A DNA stretch of 63,414 nt, counting the filler, from Octopus bimaculoides (lineage: Eukaryota): the NCBI RefSeq assembly GCF_001194135.2. It is 3 parts of 3 records of this genome, joined end to end, with 100 filler letters (N's around TTAATTAATTAA, not from the genome) between each part and the next. Parts side by side here need not be neighbours in the genome. Positions count along the whole stretch, not along the records: positions 1 to 23,007 come from NC_069008.1; 2 more parts are not named here. One strand, 5' to 3'. Within the stretch, counting starts at the first letter, position 1; each line of letters starts with the position of its first letter. The notes beneath the pieces were generated by a model. The model was not told where the DNA came from and searched no databases. It saw nothing but the letters and a program-made list of their open reading frames with translations. The translations under genes were made by a program, and so were the position numbers. This document shows, piece by piece, positions 1-11,194 of the stretch.

Positions 1-145
1 CACATCTCTTGTGAACCTCTTTGGTCTTCTTTGAAAGCAAAATGATTTCGTGCCTGTTGAACATTTTGGCTTTGTGCGTTTCTTCACGGCAAACACCACA
101 CAGGGGCTGACAACATGTGTTACAGAAAAACATATGGCCTTTGTG
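1..145 (-). CDS. RNF207: RNF207-like coding exon 3 (B-box zinc finger), reaches the window edge
   Basis: Acceptor catttcag| then HKGHMFFCNTCCQPLCGVCREETHKAKMFNRHEIILLSKKTKEVHKRC+G. C-x2-C-x3-(L)C-x2-C-x4-H-x7-H B-box pattern resembling vertebrate RNF207 FCNTCGQPLCARCRDETHRARMFARHDIV. Phase 0 matches the previous exon. Confidence 0.9.
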
Positions 146-445
146 CTGAAATGTATTTTTTAACAGCCAGATATACATCTGTAACTTGAATTGAAGATAG
201 TTTGTGTCTAAATTAACAAACGACTCCACATTATACAACACAGAATAAATAAACGAAAAACTTTAAACAGTTAAAACCCTGAAGAAACTGCATCGATATT
301 ATAGAAGGGCTGCAATTGCAAGGGTTACAAATCAATGCATTAGAAACACATGAAGGTCTATGTGAAGCTGTGTATATAAAAAAAAAAAGGTAAAGCTATG
401 CCACTTCAAAATTATCCTTATTATTGATATTATTGTCATCATCAA

Positions 446-661
446 GGCAGTGAGCTGGCAGAATCATTAGCATGATGGGCGAAATCCTTGGCAGTATTTT
501 GTCTGTCTTTACATTCTGAGTTCAAATTCCACCAAAGTCAACCTTGCCTTTCATCCTTTCAGGGTTAATAAATTGAGTACCAGTTGCGTATTAGGATCGA
601 CCTAATCGACTGGCCCCCATCTCCCCACAAATTTCAGGCCTTGTGCATATGGTAGAAAGGA
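446..661 (+). mobile_element. tRNA-derived SINE, family A
   Basis: Head gagctggcagaat...ttctgagttcaaattcc (B-box-like) followed by ttgcctttcatcctttcagggttaataaattgagtaccag. More than 10 related copies in the window. Confidence 0.8.
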
Positions 662-682
662 TATTATTGTCATCATCATCAT

Positions 683-826
683 TTCTCCATGTTGGCATGG
701 GTTGAACGGTTTGACCAGGGCTGGTAAGCTGGGGGTTGCACCAGGCTCCAGTCTGATTTGGCAGAGTTTCTACAGCTGGATGCCCTGCCTAATGCCAATC
801 ACTCCGAGAGTGTAATGGGTGTTTTT
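683..826 (+). mobile_element. SINE/LINE-tail repeat, family C
   Basis: ggcatgggtt...tttctacagctggatgccctgcctaatgccaa motif, also at 2328-2650 (-) and 9172-9260 (+). Confidence 0.6.
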
Positions 827-1240
827 AAATATAAAAAGGTTAAACAGCCATTTTGTGTGTGTGGCAACACTGCTTCCCCCGCATCTACACAGCGACAAAG
901 TAAAATGATGGCATAAATATTTAATTGCTACGATAGGAAATTATTGCTCTGCTTTACAGGTTTATGCTTTACGAGCAATCTCCTGGAACAAACTAACTCA
1001 CATATCGAGGCATGACTGTGTATATATGAATGTATGGACCTGTACGTATGCATGTAGAAACTGCCTGTTATAAGTAATTTCTCTTGTGTTTAAATGTACA
1101 CTATTTTATATTGAATAATATATCATCTATTGACTTTTTATACATCCTAGGCCACTGGTAGTGAAATTTGTAAAGATTTGTTACCCTATATATATATATA
1201 TACAGACACACTACAACAAGAAGCACAAGGACCAACTTAC

Positions 1241-1355
1241 AGAGTCACAGTTGGCACACTCAACTCGCTCCTCCTCAGATGAAGACTCCACAAGGAACTT
1301 GAGAAGGACATCAGAAGGGGGCAGGATGTGACCTTCTTTCAGGATCGTTGTAGAA
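1241..1355 (-). CDS. RNF207: RNF207-like coding exon 2
   Basis: tctctatttacag|T TCT ACA...GAC TCT|gtaagt, encoding (N)STTILKEGHILPPSDVLLKFLVESSSEEERVECANCDS. Resembles RNF207 LPPVDRLLQFLVDSS...CANCD. Phase 2 in, phase 0 out. Not in the ORF track. Confidence 0.9.
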
Positions 1356-1458
1356 CTGTAAATAGAGATGTAAATAAAGCTGCATCAATCACTAAATCAG
1401 TCTGTGAAGACCTCTTTCATACAATGGACACAGAGGGGTAACAGAGGACAACTCATGC

Positions 1459-2326
1459 ACAGGGTGGGAACAAAAAGTTCCTGGACAAGCAGGGACCTTC
1501 ATGAGGCACTGTGCCAAGTGACATCACTGAGTTTACTTTGCAAGTTGTGAAATTTGTGTTTATGTGGTCACGTGTCTGCTGTGGTCTGTGATTTCTGCCA
1601 AGGCCAGGAACAAAGAGCCAAAGAGTGAAATTTGGTGTTAAACTTTCGGAAGTTTGCTACAGGGACATTGAGCATGTTCCGGCAAACTTACAGCAATGAG
1701 GCAATGGGTTGTACGCAATGTCTAAAGTGGCACAGGTGCTTCAAAAGTGGAAGACCGTCCCTAGAAGCTGATGATCAATCTGGAAGACCTGTCATGAGTA
1801 ACTCTTGGAAATGTGGTATTGTGCATGGAGAATCTGTCCCCCGGGGCCAGACCATGAGTTGAGAGTTTGACTGCAATGTTTTAAAGTATTTGAGGAGGAC
1901 ATTCAACCAAAGCAACCGAATCTGTGGAGCATAAAGAATAGAATTCTTCACAACAGCAATGCCCCCTGCCGTCTCCTGAGAGCTCTCCCCACTCATAAGT
2001 TTCTCACCAAAAACAACATGGTATTGCTTTTGCATTCACCCTGTTCACCAGATTTAGCATCTGTGAACTTCTACTTCTTCCCCAAGATGAAAATTCAGCT
2101 CAAAGGCTGCCATTTTAACACTGTTGTCAAAATTCAGTGCGAATTGCGAAAGGTTCTTAAACTCGTTTATGAAAAATGACATCCAGACCAGATTCCAAAA
2201 GTACCAAGAATGTTGGGACCGATGTATTGCAGTGCAAGACGACTATTTCGAAGGAGATGATATCAAAACTTAGGTATATCAGTTATTTTTTTATTAAACT
2301 GGGAGCCATTTGATACCACAACCCCG
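1459..2326 (+). mobile_element. Decayed, internally deleted mariner (Tc1/mariner) element
   Basis: Degenerate TIRs cagggtgggaacaaaaagttcctggac / ctgggagccatttgataccacaaccccgtg. Remnants QTYSNEAMG..KWHRCFKSGRPSLEADDQSGRP, ILHNSNAP and WDRCIAVQDDYFEGD. Confidence 0.85.
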
Positions 2327-2327
2327 T

Positions 2328-2650
2328 GCTGGTGGTATGGAAAAAGCACCTTTCAAGCATTGGTCCTTACGGAGGCAATGACCAAAACCTTTGGCATTAT
2401 TTCATGCTTGAGAAGAAGACCCCTCAAGCAAAATAAAATCGCAGTTGTGGCAGATACTGGTGTCACACAAATGGCACCCATGCCAGTGGCACATAATAGC
2501 ATCCATTACACTCTCAGAGTGGCATTAGGAAGGGCATCCAGCCATAGAAACCATACCAAATCAGACTAGGGTCTGGTGCAGCCTTCCAGCCCTTGTCAAA
2601 CCACCCAACCTATGCCAGTATGGATAACAGGTGTTTAAATGATGATGACC
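2328..2650 (-). mobile_element. SINE/LINE-tail repeat, family C
   Basis: ggcattaggaagggcatccagcc is the reverse complement of the family C motif, and the copy ends in a (GAT)n tail. Confidence 0.6.
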
Positions 2651-3054
2651 CCCCCCCCCACCACCACCACCACTACACACATACACAGGTGAATGGACAA
2701 AGTAAAGAAATATAAACTTGTTAACAGTCCAGACATGTTAAGGACATATTCAGAGCTGTATGAAGGCCATTCACTGCAGTTTGTCAGGGAGCAATATTCT
2801 CCTTGTAGAGATAAAGGTATAAACACGCAGGGGGTCAGTTGGAAGCAGCCTCCATCCAGATTGATGGACACCACATGCATCAGATACCGAAAACACTGAC
2901 CGGTAGCTGCCCAGCTGGAGTAAATTACAGATTAGAGGTACTGATGAGAAAGTAGCCACTTTGAAATGCATTGGAGATGAGAGAGTCATGGCTGGAATAC
3001 ATTTAGCCAGTTAAGGTTGAAGGAGAATTAAACAAGAAAAACAAAGATACTCAC

Positions 3055-3245
3055 TTGCATAAGGGACATTTCATTTTGCCAGCCACAGCCCGGCCCCGGA
3101 GACAACGAGCACAGAAACTGTGAAAGCAGGCAAAAATGCAGGGATCATCATACTGCTCATGGCAGAGCACACATAGCAAAGGGTTGCGTTGAGTGAAATT
3201 GGAATCACAAGACGTTTCCATTTGTTTCAAGATGTCACCGGACAT
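3055..3245 (-). CDS. RNF207: RNF207-like first coding exon (RING finger)
   Basis: ATG at 3245: MSGDILKQMETSCDSNFTQRNPLLCVLCHEQYDDPCIFACFHSFCARCLRGRAVAGKMKCPLC, C3HC4 RING. Donor AA|gtgagt at 3054. Upstream acceptor ctttctttatccag| at 3317 gives 71 nt of 5'UTR in this exon. Confidence 0.92.
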
Positions 3246-3722
3246 TATGAGGTGACGAACAGCCAGAATTGAATTGAACTGAGCGGGGTTTGGTCAGTGA
3301 CAGCCATGCAACAGAGCTGGATAAAGAAAGTCGATCGTTAATTTGGTAATCAACTGAAATTGATTAATTTAAAAAGAATATAGTGTGGTGGTTGTGTTGA
3401 TGGTATTACATGCCTTACATCCTCTTGTGGGGTCAATAAAATAATTAGTGAAGGGGCTGAGGTAACCTACTGACCCCAATATTGGTCAGCTCAAGGCTAT
3501 AGTAGAAGACACCCAATGCATGGCAGTCCCACTGCATGGCAGTGGGACTGAACCCAGAACTGTGTGGTTGGGAAGGAAACTTTTTACCACACAGCCATGA
3601 CTACACACACACACATTAATGCTTGTTATTTTACTCAATTATAATAAAAATAATTTTACATTAATCTGATGACTAACTCTGTACTTTTGTAGAGTACAAA
3701 TTTATTATTCTTAAATAATATA

Positions 3723-3754
<32 letters not shown>

Positions 3755-3758
<4 letters not shown>

Positions 3759-3850
3759 GACGGGCTTCTTTCAGTTTCCGTCTACCAAATCCACTCAGAA
3801 GGCTTTGATCGGCCCGAGGCTATAGTAGAAGACACTTGCCCAAGGTGCCA
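3755..3850 (-). mobile_element. CORE-type SINE fragment, family B
   Basis: Reverse complement of tggcaccttgggcaagtgtcttctactatagcctcgggccg...gacggaaactgaaagaagcccgtcgtata. A second fragment lies at about 3480-3600. Confidence 0.8.
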
Positions 3851-4624
3851 AGTGGCCGCAGTCAAATGACTGAAACAAGTAAAAGAATATGTGTGTGTGT
3901 GTGTGTCCAAATTGAAGAAATGGAGCAGGTAAAATCTGTAGTTTCTTAGCAGATCATCATAGTAATGGTAGAGATGGACTATATGTAATCTGAACCCTTC
4001 CCCCCCCCCTTATTTTTTTTTTTTTTTTTTTTAGGCTATGGAGATTCCGATTCTGAATAATTACAAAAAAGAGGGGAACTCCATTAGCTACGCATCAGGC
4101 CGAGTATACCTCAGTTAAATGAAGGTTAACTCGACTGAGACGTTACTTAAAACATTCGACCTTCTTCGCCAATAAAACCTTTTTATTCTTCCTCAAAGTT
4201 GGTTCTGAATATCTTCTACGGAATGCTCCAAGTTTACAATTCCATATCATCATATATACATCTCTAATACATTATACACACACACACACACATACACACA
4301 CACACACACACATATCTATGTATATGTGTGTGTTTGATCATTGACGGGTGAGGTGCAAGATAAGACAAATAACTTAATAACAACAAAAAAGAAATCTAAC
4401 GAACCTAGTCTGCGGTAAACCCGTTTCTGATAAGAAGCCACGGATGGATTGTCATTGAAGAGAGAGTGAGTGTGAGTGTGGAAGTTGCGGGAAGGAGAGA
4501 GGGAGGGGGAAAGCAAAAGAGAGAGGGAGAGGACGACCGATGGTTTGTATTATAGAGGGCGTAAGAGTGAGTGTCAGTGTGAGGAGAGTGAGAATATGTA
4601 TTTACTACAGTTTAGTGTTTTTAT

Positions 4625-5400
4625 GTTGTAGCGTCCGACCACTGTGACACGGGATCCCCAGCTGAATGACGCACCACGAAGTCGCCTGAGAACCGAGATA
4701 CATTTAAATTAATATTTCATAGGCAGAATCCTTACGGAGCGATTGCAGATTCTCTCGCATTCAACTTACCTCTCTCTAATTTCATATTCAGATAACGCTG
4801 ACTACTACAACCATCCAAGCTTTTGAATCTATCAAATCTGCCCTTGCTCAAGCATCTTTCTTCGCTCATCCTGTTGCGGATACGAAACTATCACTTACTG
4901 TTGACATCATCAGCTGTTGCCGCAGCTTTTAGTGTAATCTGTCAGCAGCCGAAACCAGCCTTTCGCCTTCTCTCGCCAGCTGAAAAATGCCGAATCGAGA
5001 TACAGTGTGTTTGGTAAAGAACTCTTAGCAATTTATCTGGTGGTGAAGCATTTCTCTTATCTTCTCGAAGGTTGAGATTTCACGATTTTCACCGGCCACA
5101 ATCCGCTAACGTTCGCTCTCTTTGCCAAAACGGACCGGTACTCGCCCAGAGAAACAAGGCACTTGGACTACATATCACAGTTCACTAGTGACATTCGCCA
5201 CATCGCTGGCGATCACAACATCCCCGACTCAGAGTTTCACGTTCCCGAACACTGGGATATGAAACACACTGTCTACATCTCAACCTCGAGAAATTACGCA
5301 GGAAAGAGAAACCCGATTCGAAGACTACAGAACCAATCCATCACTGGAACTGTAAAAATCTGTAAAACTCTCCGTAAGCTCATCATACAGACAGACAGAC
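4625..5400 (+). mobile_element. Gypsy LTR-retrotransposon remnant (RT-RNase H)
   Basis: Frameshifted translation gives FESIKSALAQA..AHP, RQLKNAESRYSVFGKELLAIYLVVKHFSYLLEG and RETRHLDYISQFTSDIRHIAGDHN, typical of Ty3/Gypsy RNase H. Confidence 0.85.
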
Positions 5401-5610
5401 AGACAGACAGACAAATACTTTGTTGATGTTTACTGAAATTCCAGTGGAGTCTTGAATTTGTTAGAAAGTTGGCAAGAAATCTTTAAAAAAAAACTAAATA
5501 ACAACTTACATACATACATACATACATACATACGAATGCATGTATACATACATACACACATACATAGGCGAACGTACACAACTTATTGTTTCTGCAGTTG
5601 ATGTGGCACT

Positions 5611-6453
5611 ATGTCTCTGTTCCCCTTGGCTCAACCTACATACAGCTGTCACAGTCACCCCGCCAATGCATGCTCCCTGGATGCAAACACTGCCATCCCC
5701 TCGCATTCATCTTCATCTGTCATGACGAGGGCAATTAGTGCCTCATTGACAACAACAACAACAACAAATGCCTCGTTGACGTCAACAGTGGCTGAAGCTT
5801 CCTTGACGACCGTTGCCATGACAATAGCAGCATCGTCTGCAGCACCCCTGTTGACTATCTGCGACCTCACAGCCAACCCTGTCCTCAACTTGGTCTCCAG
5901 TGAAACCTTAACCAAAGCCCAAATGATGAACCCTCAACCTGGCTTGGGTTGTCCTCTTCACTGTAGTTTGTCCTTGCTGGAGCAACCCATTAGTACTGGG
6001 GCCATTGTTGGCAGCGAGGCTGGAGATAGTTGTTGCCTTCAGAACGGTTTCAAGGACGAGGAATTCATTTCCATTGCGGAGATGCAACAAGCCTTTGCTC
6101 AGCTTCCCCTGCATACCATGACCACCACCACTATGACTGGCAGTGTCCCTGGCTATCAGCCATGTCATGGGGGAGAACAGCTTGGAGGTGTCTCTGTCGT
6201 AATCCCTCCAACTCTACCTACGTCTTCCTCTCCAACATTACCTTTGTCACTGCCGCCACCGTCCCCTTCACTCCCGGTGCCCCTGCCACTTCTCATGGCA
6301 CCAACACACAATTTACAGATGCTTACATTTTTTTATGTTTTCCCTGAAGTTTTCACGGGTCCAGCTAATAATAATAACAACAACAACAACAACATCTGTA
6401 ATAAGAAAAAAGACAAAGAGTACCATGTAGAACAACAACAGCAAAATGAATAA
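5611..6453 (+). CDS. Hypothetical 280-aa S/T/P/A-rich low-complexity protein (orphan candidate)
   Basis: 843-bp stop-free frame that is not a simple repeat. Acceptor ttgtttctgcag| at 5597 lies 13 nt upstream of an ATG with A at -3. AATAAA overlaps the stop and recurs at about 6835. No recognisable domain. Confidence 0.35.
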   Translation: MSLFPLAQPTYSCHSHPANACSLDANTAIPSHSSSSVMTRAISASLTTTTTTNASLTSTVAEASLTTVAMTIAASSAAPLLTICDLTANPVLNLVSSETLTKAQMMNPQPGLGCPLHCSLSLLEQPISTGAIVGSEAGDSCCLQNGFKDEEFISIAEMQQAFAQLPLHTMTTTTMTGSVPGYQPCHGGEQLGGVSVVIPPTLPTSSSPTLPLSLPPPSPSLPVPLPLLMAPTHNLQMLTFFYVFPEVFTGPANNNNNNNNNICNKKKDKEYHVEQQQQNE

Positions 6454-7074
6454 AAACACAACAGCAATGAGAAAGATGAGAAGATTTTAATCTTTAATAT
6501 TGTAATAGTATGAATACAATTATTGTTTTCAATATTATTGCTTTTATTACCATTATTGTTATTATTATAATATTAATAATAATAATTATTATTAGACATT
6601 AAAGCACAGTAGTGTTTTTATCGTCATCAAAATGTTTTGGTCCAGGAAATATTTTCATACTCAACTAATATATTATTATTGTTATTATCATTATTATTAT
6701 TAATATCATTCTTCTTCTTCTTCTTCTTCTTTTTCTTCTTCTATATTGACTTCAGCATTGTCAGTTCAATCACATTTCATCTCTGCTGTTCTGTCCTGAC
6801 TACGAGCCATGTGCCCCAAATATTGATATATCGAAATAAAAGTTTCTGATTTTATAACTCAGAAGTCTCAGCTCAGAATTACAAAATCCATTCAGTGTTA
6901 GATAATAATAATAAGTGATTATTGTAGTGTGGGTAGTGGTGGGAGGGAAAGTGGGAGAGAAAGGAGTTCGGCTGTCTTCATCAGTTTCACAAATTCACAT
7001 TGATGTGCGTCTGTGTGAGCATGCGCATGTGTGAGTGTTGTGTACAGATGTATGTGCATGTGTATGTATGTATG

Positions 7075-7133
<59 letters not shown>

Positions 7134-7561
7134 GACATAGAGTTGTGTGTGTGTAGATATACACAGATACCTCAAAAGTAAATAGACACATAGCGTTATA
7201 TTTGGACATTCCTCATCAGTTGGGTGCTCAAACTGGTTGAATCCTTAAAAGACCAAACAAAACATTTCTACTAAATCCTAGAGTAAAGGTTTAAAGACAT
7301 CGAATGATATTATTTGGTTTCCAGAAATGAATCTTTAGAAAAAAATGTGTATTTACTTTTGAGATGTTTGTCTCTCTATATATATATGTGTATGTTTGTA
7401 TAAGAATGTATGTATATATGTATATAGATAAAGCAGACATTCATATGTGTACGTATGTATCTGTATACGTATATGTGAGGTTTTGTGTGTGCATGTGATT
7501 ATGCGTATGCACATATGTGTGTTTGTATGGGTGTGTGTACACACATACAAGCATAAAGTGG

Positions 7562-7613
7562 TTACGACAAACTATAACTGAAGGTTTTCTTGTGTTTTTT
7601 CTGAATTGGAATT
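7562..7613 (-). CDS. SVEP1: SVEP1-like probable terminal coding exon
   Basis: Strong acceptor ctttcttctctttttctctctccacag|A ATT CCA...TCG TAA. In phase 2 after exon 8805-8910 it gives (T)IPIQKKHKKTFSYSLS*, a basic tail. Confidence 0.6.
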
Positions 7614-7829
7614 CTGTGGAGAGAGAAAAAGAGAAGAAAGTAAATTTAAAAGACAAAAACAAACGCAAAACATGACAAAGAAAATTTCAAAACCTAAATA
7701 AGGAAATGATGATAACCCTTTGTAGTTTAGGCACTAAAGGCTAAAATTTGAGGGGGAGGAGAGAGGTTTAATCAATTACATTGACCCTCAGTGGTTAACT
7801 GGTACCTAAAGGATAAAACGTAAAGTCAG

Positions 7830-8510
7830 GTTTGCGCACTTTTGGGCGTCTTAGCACTCAAGTAGCAACATGGCCGAAAAAGATGGATGCAAATGGGAAA
7901 GTGTAAGACCGACAAAGAATCAGAATAGCTTGGAACAGCTGTTCCACAAAAGTCCACAAGTCAGAAATGTAGGGACACTGGACGAGTGCGTGCAGGCCGG
8001 TTTCGCTGCCCTGCGAACACATCGGACAGGTCCGTCTAAAAGCGTTTCCGTGTCTGAACAGCTTGTCTCGAACCAGCAGAACTCCCCGGTAGCACTGCCA
8101 GGCCAGGGATTTCTAGAAGTTATCAATAGGCCCCGGTTCAAAAGTCCTCTGGAAAAGACCAGTTAATTGGACCCTCCCGACGCCCAGAGTTTCCCCGAGG
8201 ACGCCGTCGCTCTTGCTCACCACTAATAGAACTCAATAGTAGAACTTCCACCGAGTGCGTGGCTCGACTGGCAGAGAGCTGTGAGTGTTGCCGACACTCC
8301 AGGTACCAAACGTCCTTACTTGATCTACGTTTGATCCAGGATTGTAGCTCCGTCAATGAGACGAGCTGCGGAAAATCCTGCTTGACGAATGGTGACCACA
8401 CCTGTTGATGTTTGGTAGCACATATCTGTGTGAGCAGCTGTTCTCCATGAAGAACACATGCAGCCCATCGTGAAAATCTCTATAATACAGAACATTATTC
8501 CAAACATAAC
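7830..8510 (-). mobile_element. L1/Tx1-like LINE ORF2 fragment (post-RT region), decayed
   Basis: Remnants WSPFVKQDFPQLVSLTELQSWIK...WYLECRQ parallel the 25.85-26.0 kb part of the Tx1-like element in this window. Confidence 0.65.
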
Positions 8511-8804
8511 CGAACTAGTTGCCAAGAAAAGATGCCAAACATCCAGCTCTGACGAATTGGCATAAGAAAGAAAATTGGTATTCCTTGATTTGCTATTATT
8601 TCAACTTTTGCCTGTTTTAATTCATTGTTTAAAAAAGCTTTACTTTCCTTGATTAACCCCAGCTGGGGTTTCCCCGGTTATCAGGAGGATTACATCGTTT
8701 TCATCTCATTCCCCTGCTTTTGTCTTTCTTTTCTCTTATCCCCAACTGATTCTATGGGGATGATGGTAGCGATGGTGATGAACGGTTTAGGGACTGCTAC
8801 TTAC

Positions 8805-8910
8805 GTTGTATTCCTCTTTGAACAGAACGGGGGCTGGAAACCATTCGGACAGTGACAAATTCCTCCAACAATACACCGACCTCCATTTTCACATTTCCTG
8901 GCACAATGAG
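8805..8910 (-). CDS. SVEP1: SVEP1-like exon, C-terminal EGF 3
   Basis: tttctctggaag|CT CAT TGT...ACA AC|gtaagt, encoding AHCARKCENGGRCIVGGICHCPNGFQPPFCSKRNT (6-Cys EGF). Phase 1 in, phase 2 out. Confidence 0.9.
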
Positions 8911-9456
8911 CTTCCAGAGAAATATAAAACAAAAAATAAACAAAGCAAATATACAAGTGATACTACTACTACTACTGCTGCTGCTGCTGCAGCAAAAATT
9001 CTGCTCCATACCACGATTGTTTGTCAGTTGTTTGACTTTAAGAAGTTGAGCATGCCTCTTGGTGACTGACGATATGTGTATCTCTGATCCTAAAGAGAAG
9101 TAGTGGTAGAGTATCATAGCCATATAGTTGTATGTATGTGTATGTATATATGTGTGTGTGTGAGTGTGTTTTACGTTCATTTTGCCATGCCAGCATGGGT
9201 TCGATGAATGTTATTTCGATGTCGTTTTACAGCTGGATATCCTTTCTGCCAGTGACTTTTGTCTTTCAAGAATGATATCTCCTCCCCATGCAGTAGGGAT
9301 TGAACATGAAATCATGGGATTTGGAAGCGAACTTTTTAGCCACGCAGCAATAGCTGCCTGTGTATGTGTGTTTGTGTGCATGTATGTGTGTATATATGTG
9401 TGTGTGCGTATATATATGTGTGCGTGCGTGTGTATGTCTGTGTACGTGTATACATC

Positions 9457-9487
<31 letters not shown>

Positions 9488-9650
9488 ATATATGTGTGAG
9501 TGTGTGTATATATTTGTGTGTGTATATATTTGTGTGTGTATATATATATATATGTATGTGCGCGCGTGTGTATTTCTGTATGAGTGTAAGAAACTGTGAA
9601 TGAGTGGGGTTTTTTTGTTGTTTTTGCCGATTAAAATTGTTGCTCCTTAC

Positions 9651-9746
9651 CGCGTTCACAACGATCCCCGGCAAAACCAGGTTTGCAGTTACACTTGTAT
9701 GGAGAGGAGCAATGTCCACCATTTAGACAGGCAAAGATGCATATAG
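9651..9746 (-). CDS. SVEP1: SVEP1-like exon, C-terminal EGF 2
   Basis: ttcttcttcag|CT ATA TGC...CGC G|gtaagg, encoding [32 protein letters not shown]. 96 bp, phase 1-1. Confidence 0.93.
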
Positions 9747-10069
9747 CTGAAGAAGAAATAGCAATAATAATAATAATAATAATATAATGATGATGATGAT
9801 AATAATAATAATACTTTCTTTATCGACCACCAAGTCCGAACACAAAACATAAAGGACGATGCACAGACGAGAGACAGTGAGGTTGAACGTGTAAACAGCA
9901 AACAAACAACGATTAGCAAAGAGATTAAATCAACAATATGCTTCCCCAATAGGCGGGGAGCTCCACCGTAAAGTGACCAAAGAGACCTCACGCACTTTGG
10001 ATCCCTTAACACCAAAAGCTCCTCAGGAAGGCACCCTTTCCATCGGGCCTACAGGCGCACACTGAGAGT

Positions 10070-10400
10070 AGGCCCATTCACGCGAGCCGTTCTTGCCACG
10101 TTCACCCGCCTTTCAACAAACTCACTGGGTGGACAGTACCTCCCTCTCCAGCCTCACTTTCCTTTTCAGGTGGAACCTGAAAAAGTCAATGACACCTTGA
10201 CCAAAGGGAAAAGTACCCGTCTTCAACCCTTTCACTGGTCATGCTGGAGTACCAGCTTTGACTACTGGATGTGTCACCCGACGTGGGAAAACATCCAAGT
10301 CTACGTAAAGTGCTCATTATCTCAGCTGGTATAGCGATACCAACAGCCTCATTCAATGAGGTATTGATCTTCGTCTCAGTGACTTCCACTCCTTTAAATC
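10070..10400 (-). mobile_element. L1/Tx1-like LINE ORF2 C-terminal fragment
   Basis: KGLKTGTFPFGQGVIDFFRFHLKRKVRLEREVLS, then frameshifted EFVERRVNVARTARVNGPTL. Resembles the ORF2 C-terminus of invertebrate Tx1-like elements. Confidence 0.6.
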
Positions 10401-10677
10401 ATAACATTCACGTTTTTATGAGTCATCTTTTATGTTTTATATGGTGGCGCCACACCCTAGCAACTATTTCTTAAGACCAGTCCATCCAGTCGCAGCTACA
10501 TTAAGTTATTGATCAGCAGAGAACGTTAATAAAGTCATTGTTACATGCTATCCAGCAGTTATTTCTTAACATATAGAAATATATAATTCTCTATACTGAC
10601 ATAACCCCCCCCCCCTCTCTAATTATGAGAGCTAGATGAATTCCAGGAATACCACAAACCAAAATCTACTAACTTAC

Positions 10678-10773
10678 CTCGTTCACAACGGACTCCAGCG
10701 TAGCCAGAAGGACACTTACAACGGTTCAGCCCTATGCACTTCCCTCCGTTCAAGCAGGAGAACTTGCAGTGAG
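10678..10773 (-). CDS. SVEP1: SVEP1-like exon, C-terminal EGF 1
   Basis: ctctgtgtcaatag|CT CAC TGC...CGA G|gtaagt, encoding AHCKFSCLNGGKCIGLNRCKCPSGYAGVRCER. 96 bp, phase 1-1. Confidence 0.93.
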
Positions 10774-11014
10774 CTATTGACACAGAGCAGAAACGAAAGA
10801 ACAGACATCAGACATGAAGTATTATGGTGATGATGGTGGTGATGGTCATGGGGAATGGTGGTGGTGTCTATATATATATACATACAGTCACACGCATCAT
10901 TTTTATGAAGATGTGTGTGTGCGCGTGCGCGTTTGTATTTTCATGCTATTAAAATAGCCGTCCTTTACACACTAACACACACACACACACACACACTGAG
11001 CACTGGAAACTTAC

Positions 11015-11194
11015 CTCGACATTCTGCTTTTCCGTCCCATTTCCCGTTCGGCAGACACATTAACCTGGCTGGTCGTTTAACAGGGCTCAGCCCCGATGTG
11101 CAAAAGTAATAGGCAATGCTTCCTTGCAAATAAGAGTTGGCTATTAGCTTTACTGTCATCGGATCGCTGACGTAGGGCCGTCCACAGTTTGCAA
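11015..11194 (-). CDS. SVEP1: SVEP1-like exon, last CCP/sushi domain
   Basis: ttataacag|TT GCA AAC TGT...CGA G|gtaagt, encoding VANCGRPYVSDPMTVKLIANSYLQGSIAYYFCTSGLSPVKRPARLMCLPNGKWDGKAECR. Phase 1-1. Confidence 0.92.

Noticed and set aside
8596-8611. Alternative SVEP1 last exon (ttaaaacag|G CAA AAG TTG AAA TAA TAG)
   Set aside because: In phase, but has no pyrimidine tract. The acceptor at 7614 is far stronger. Cannot be fully excluded.
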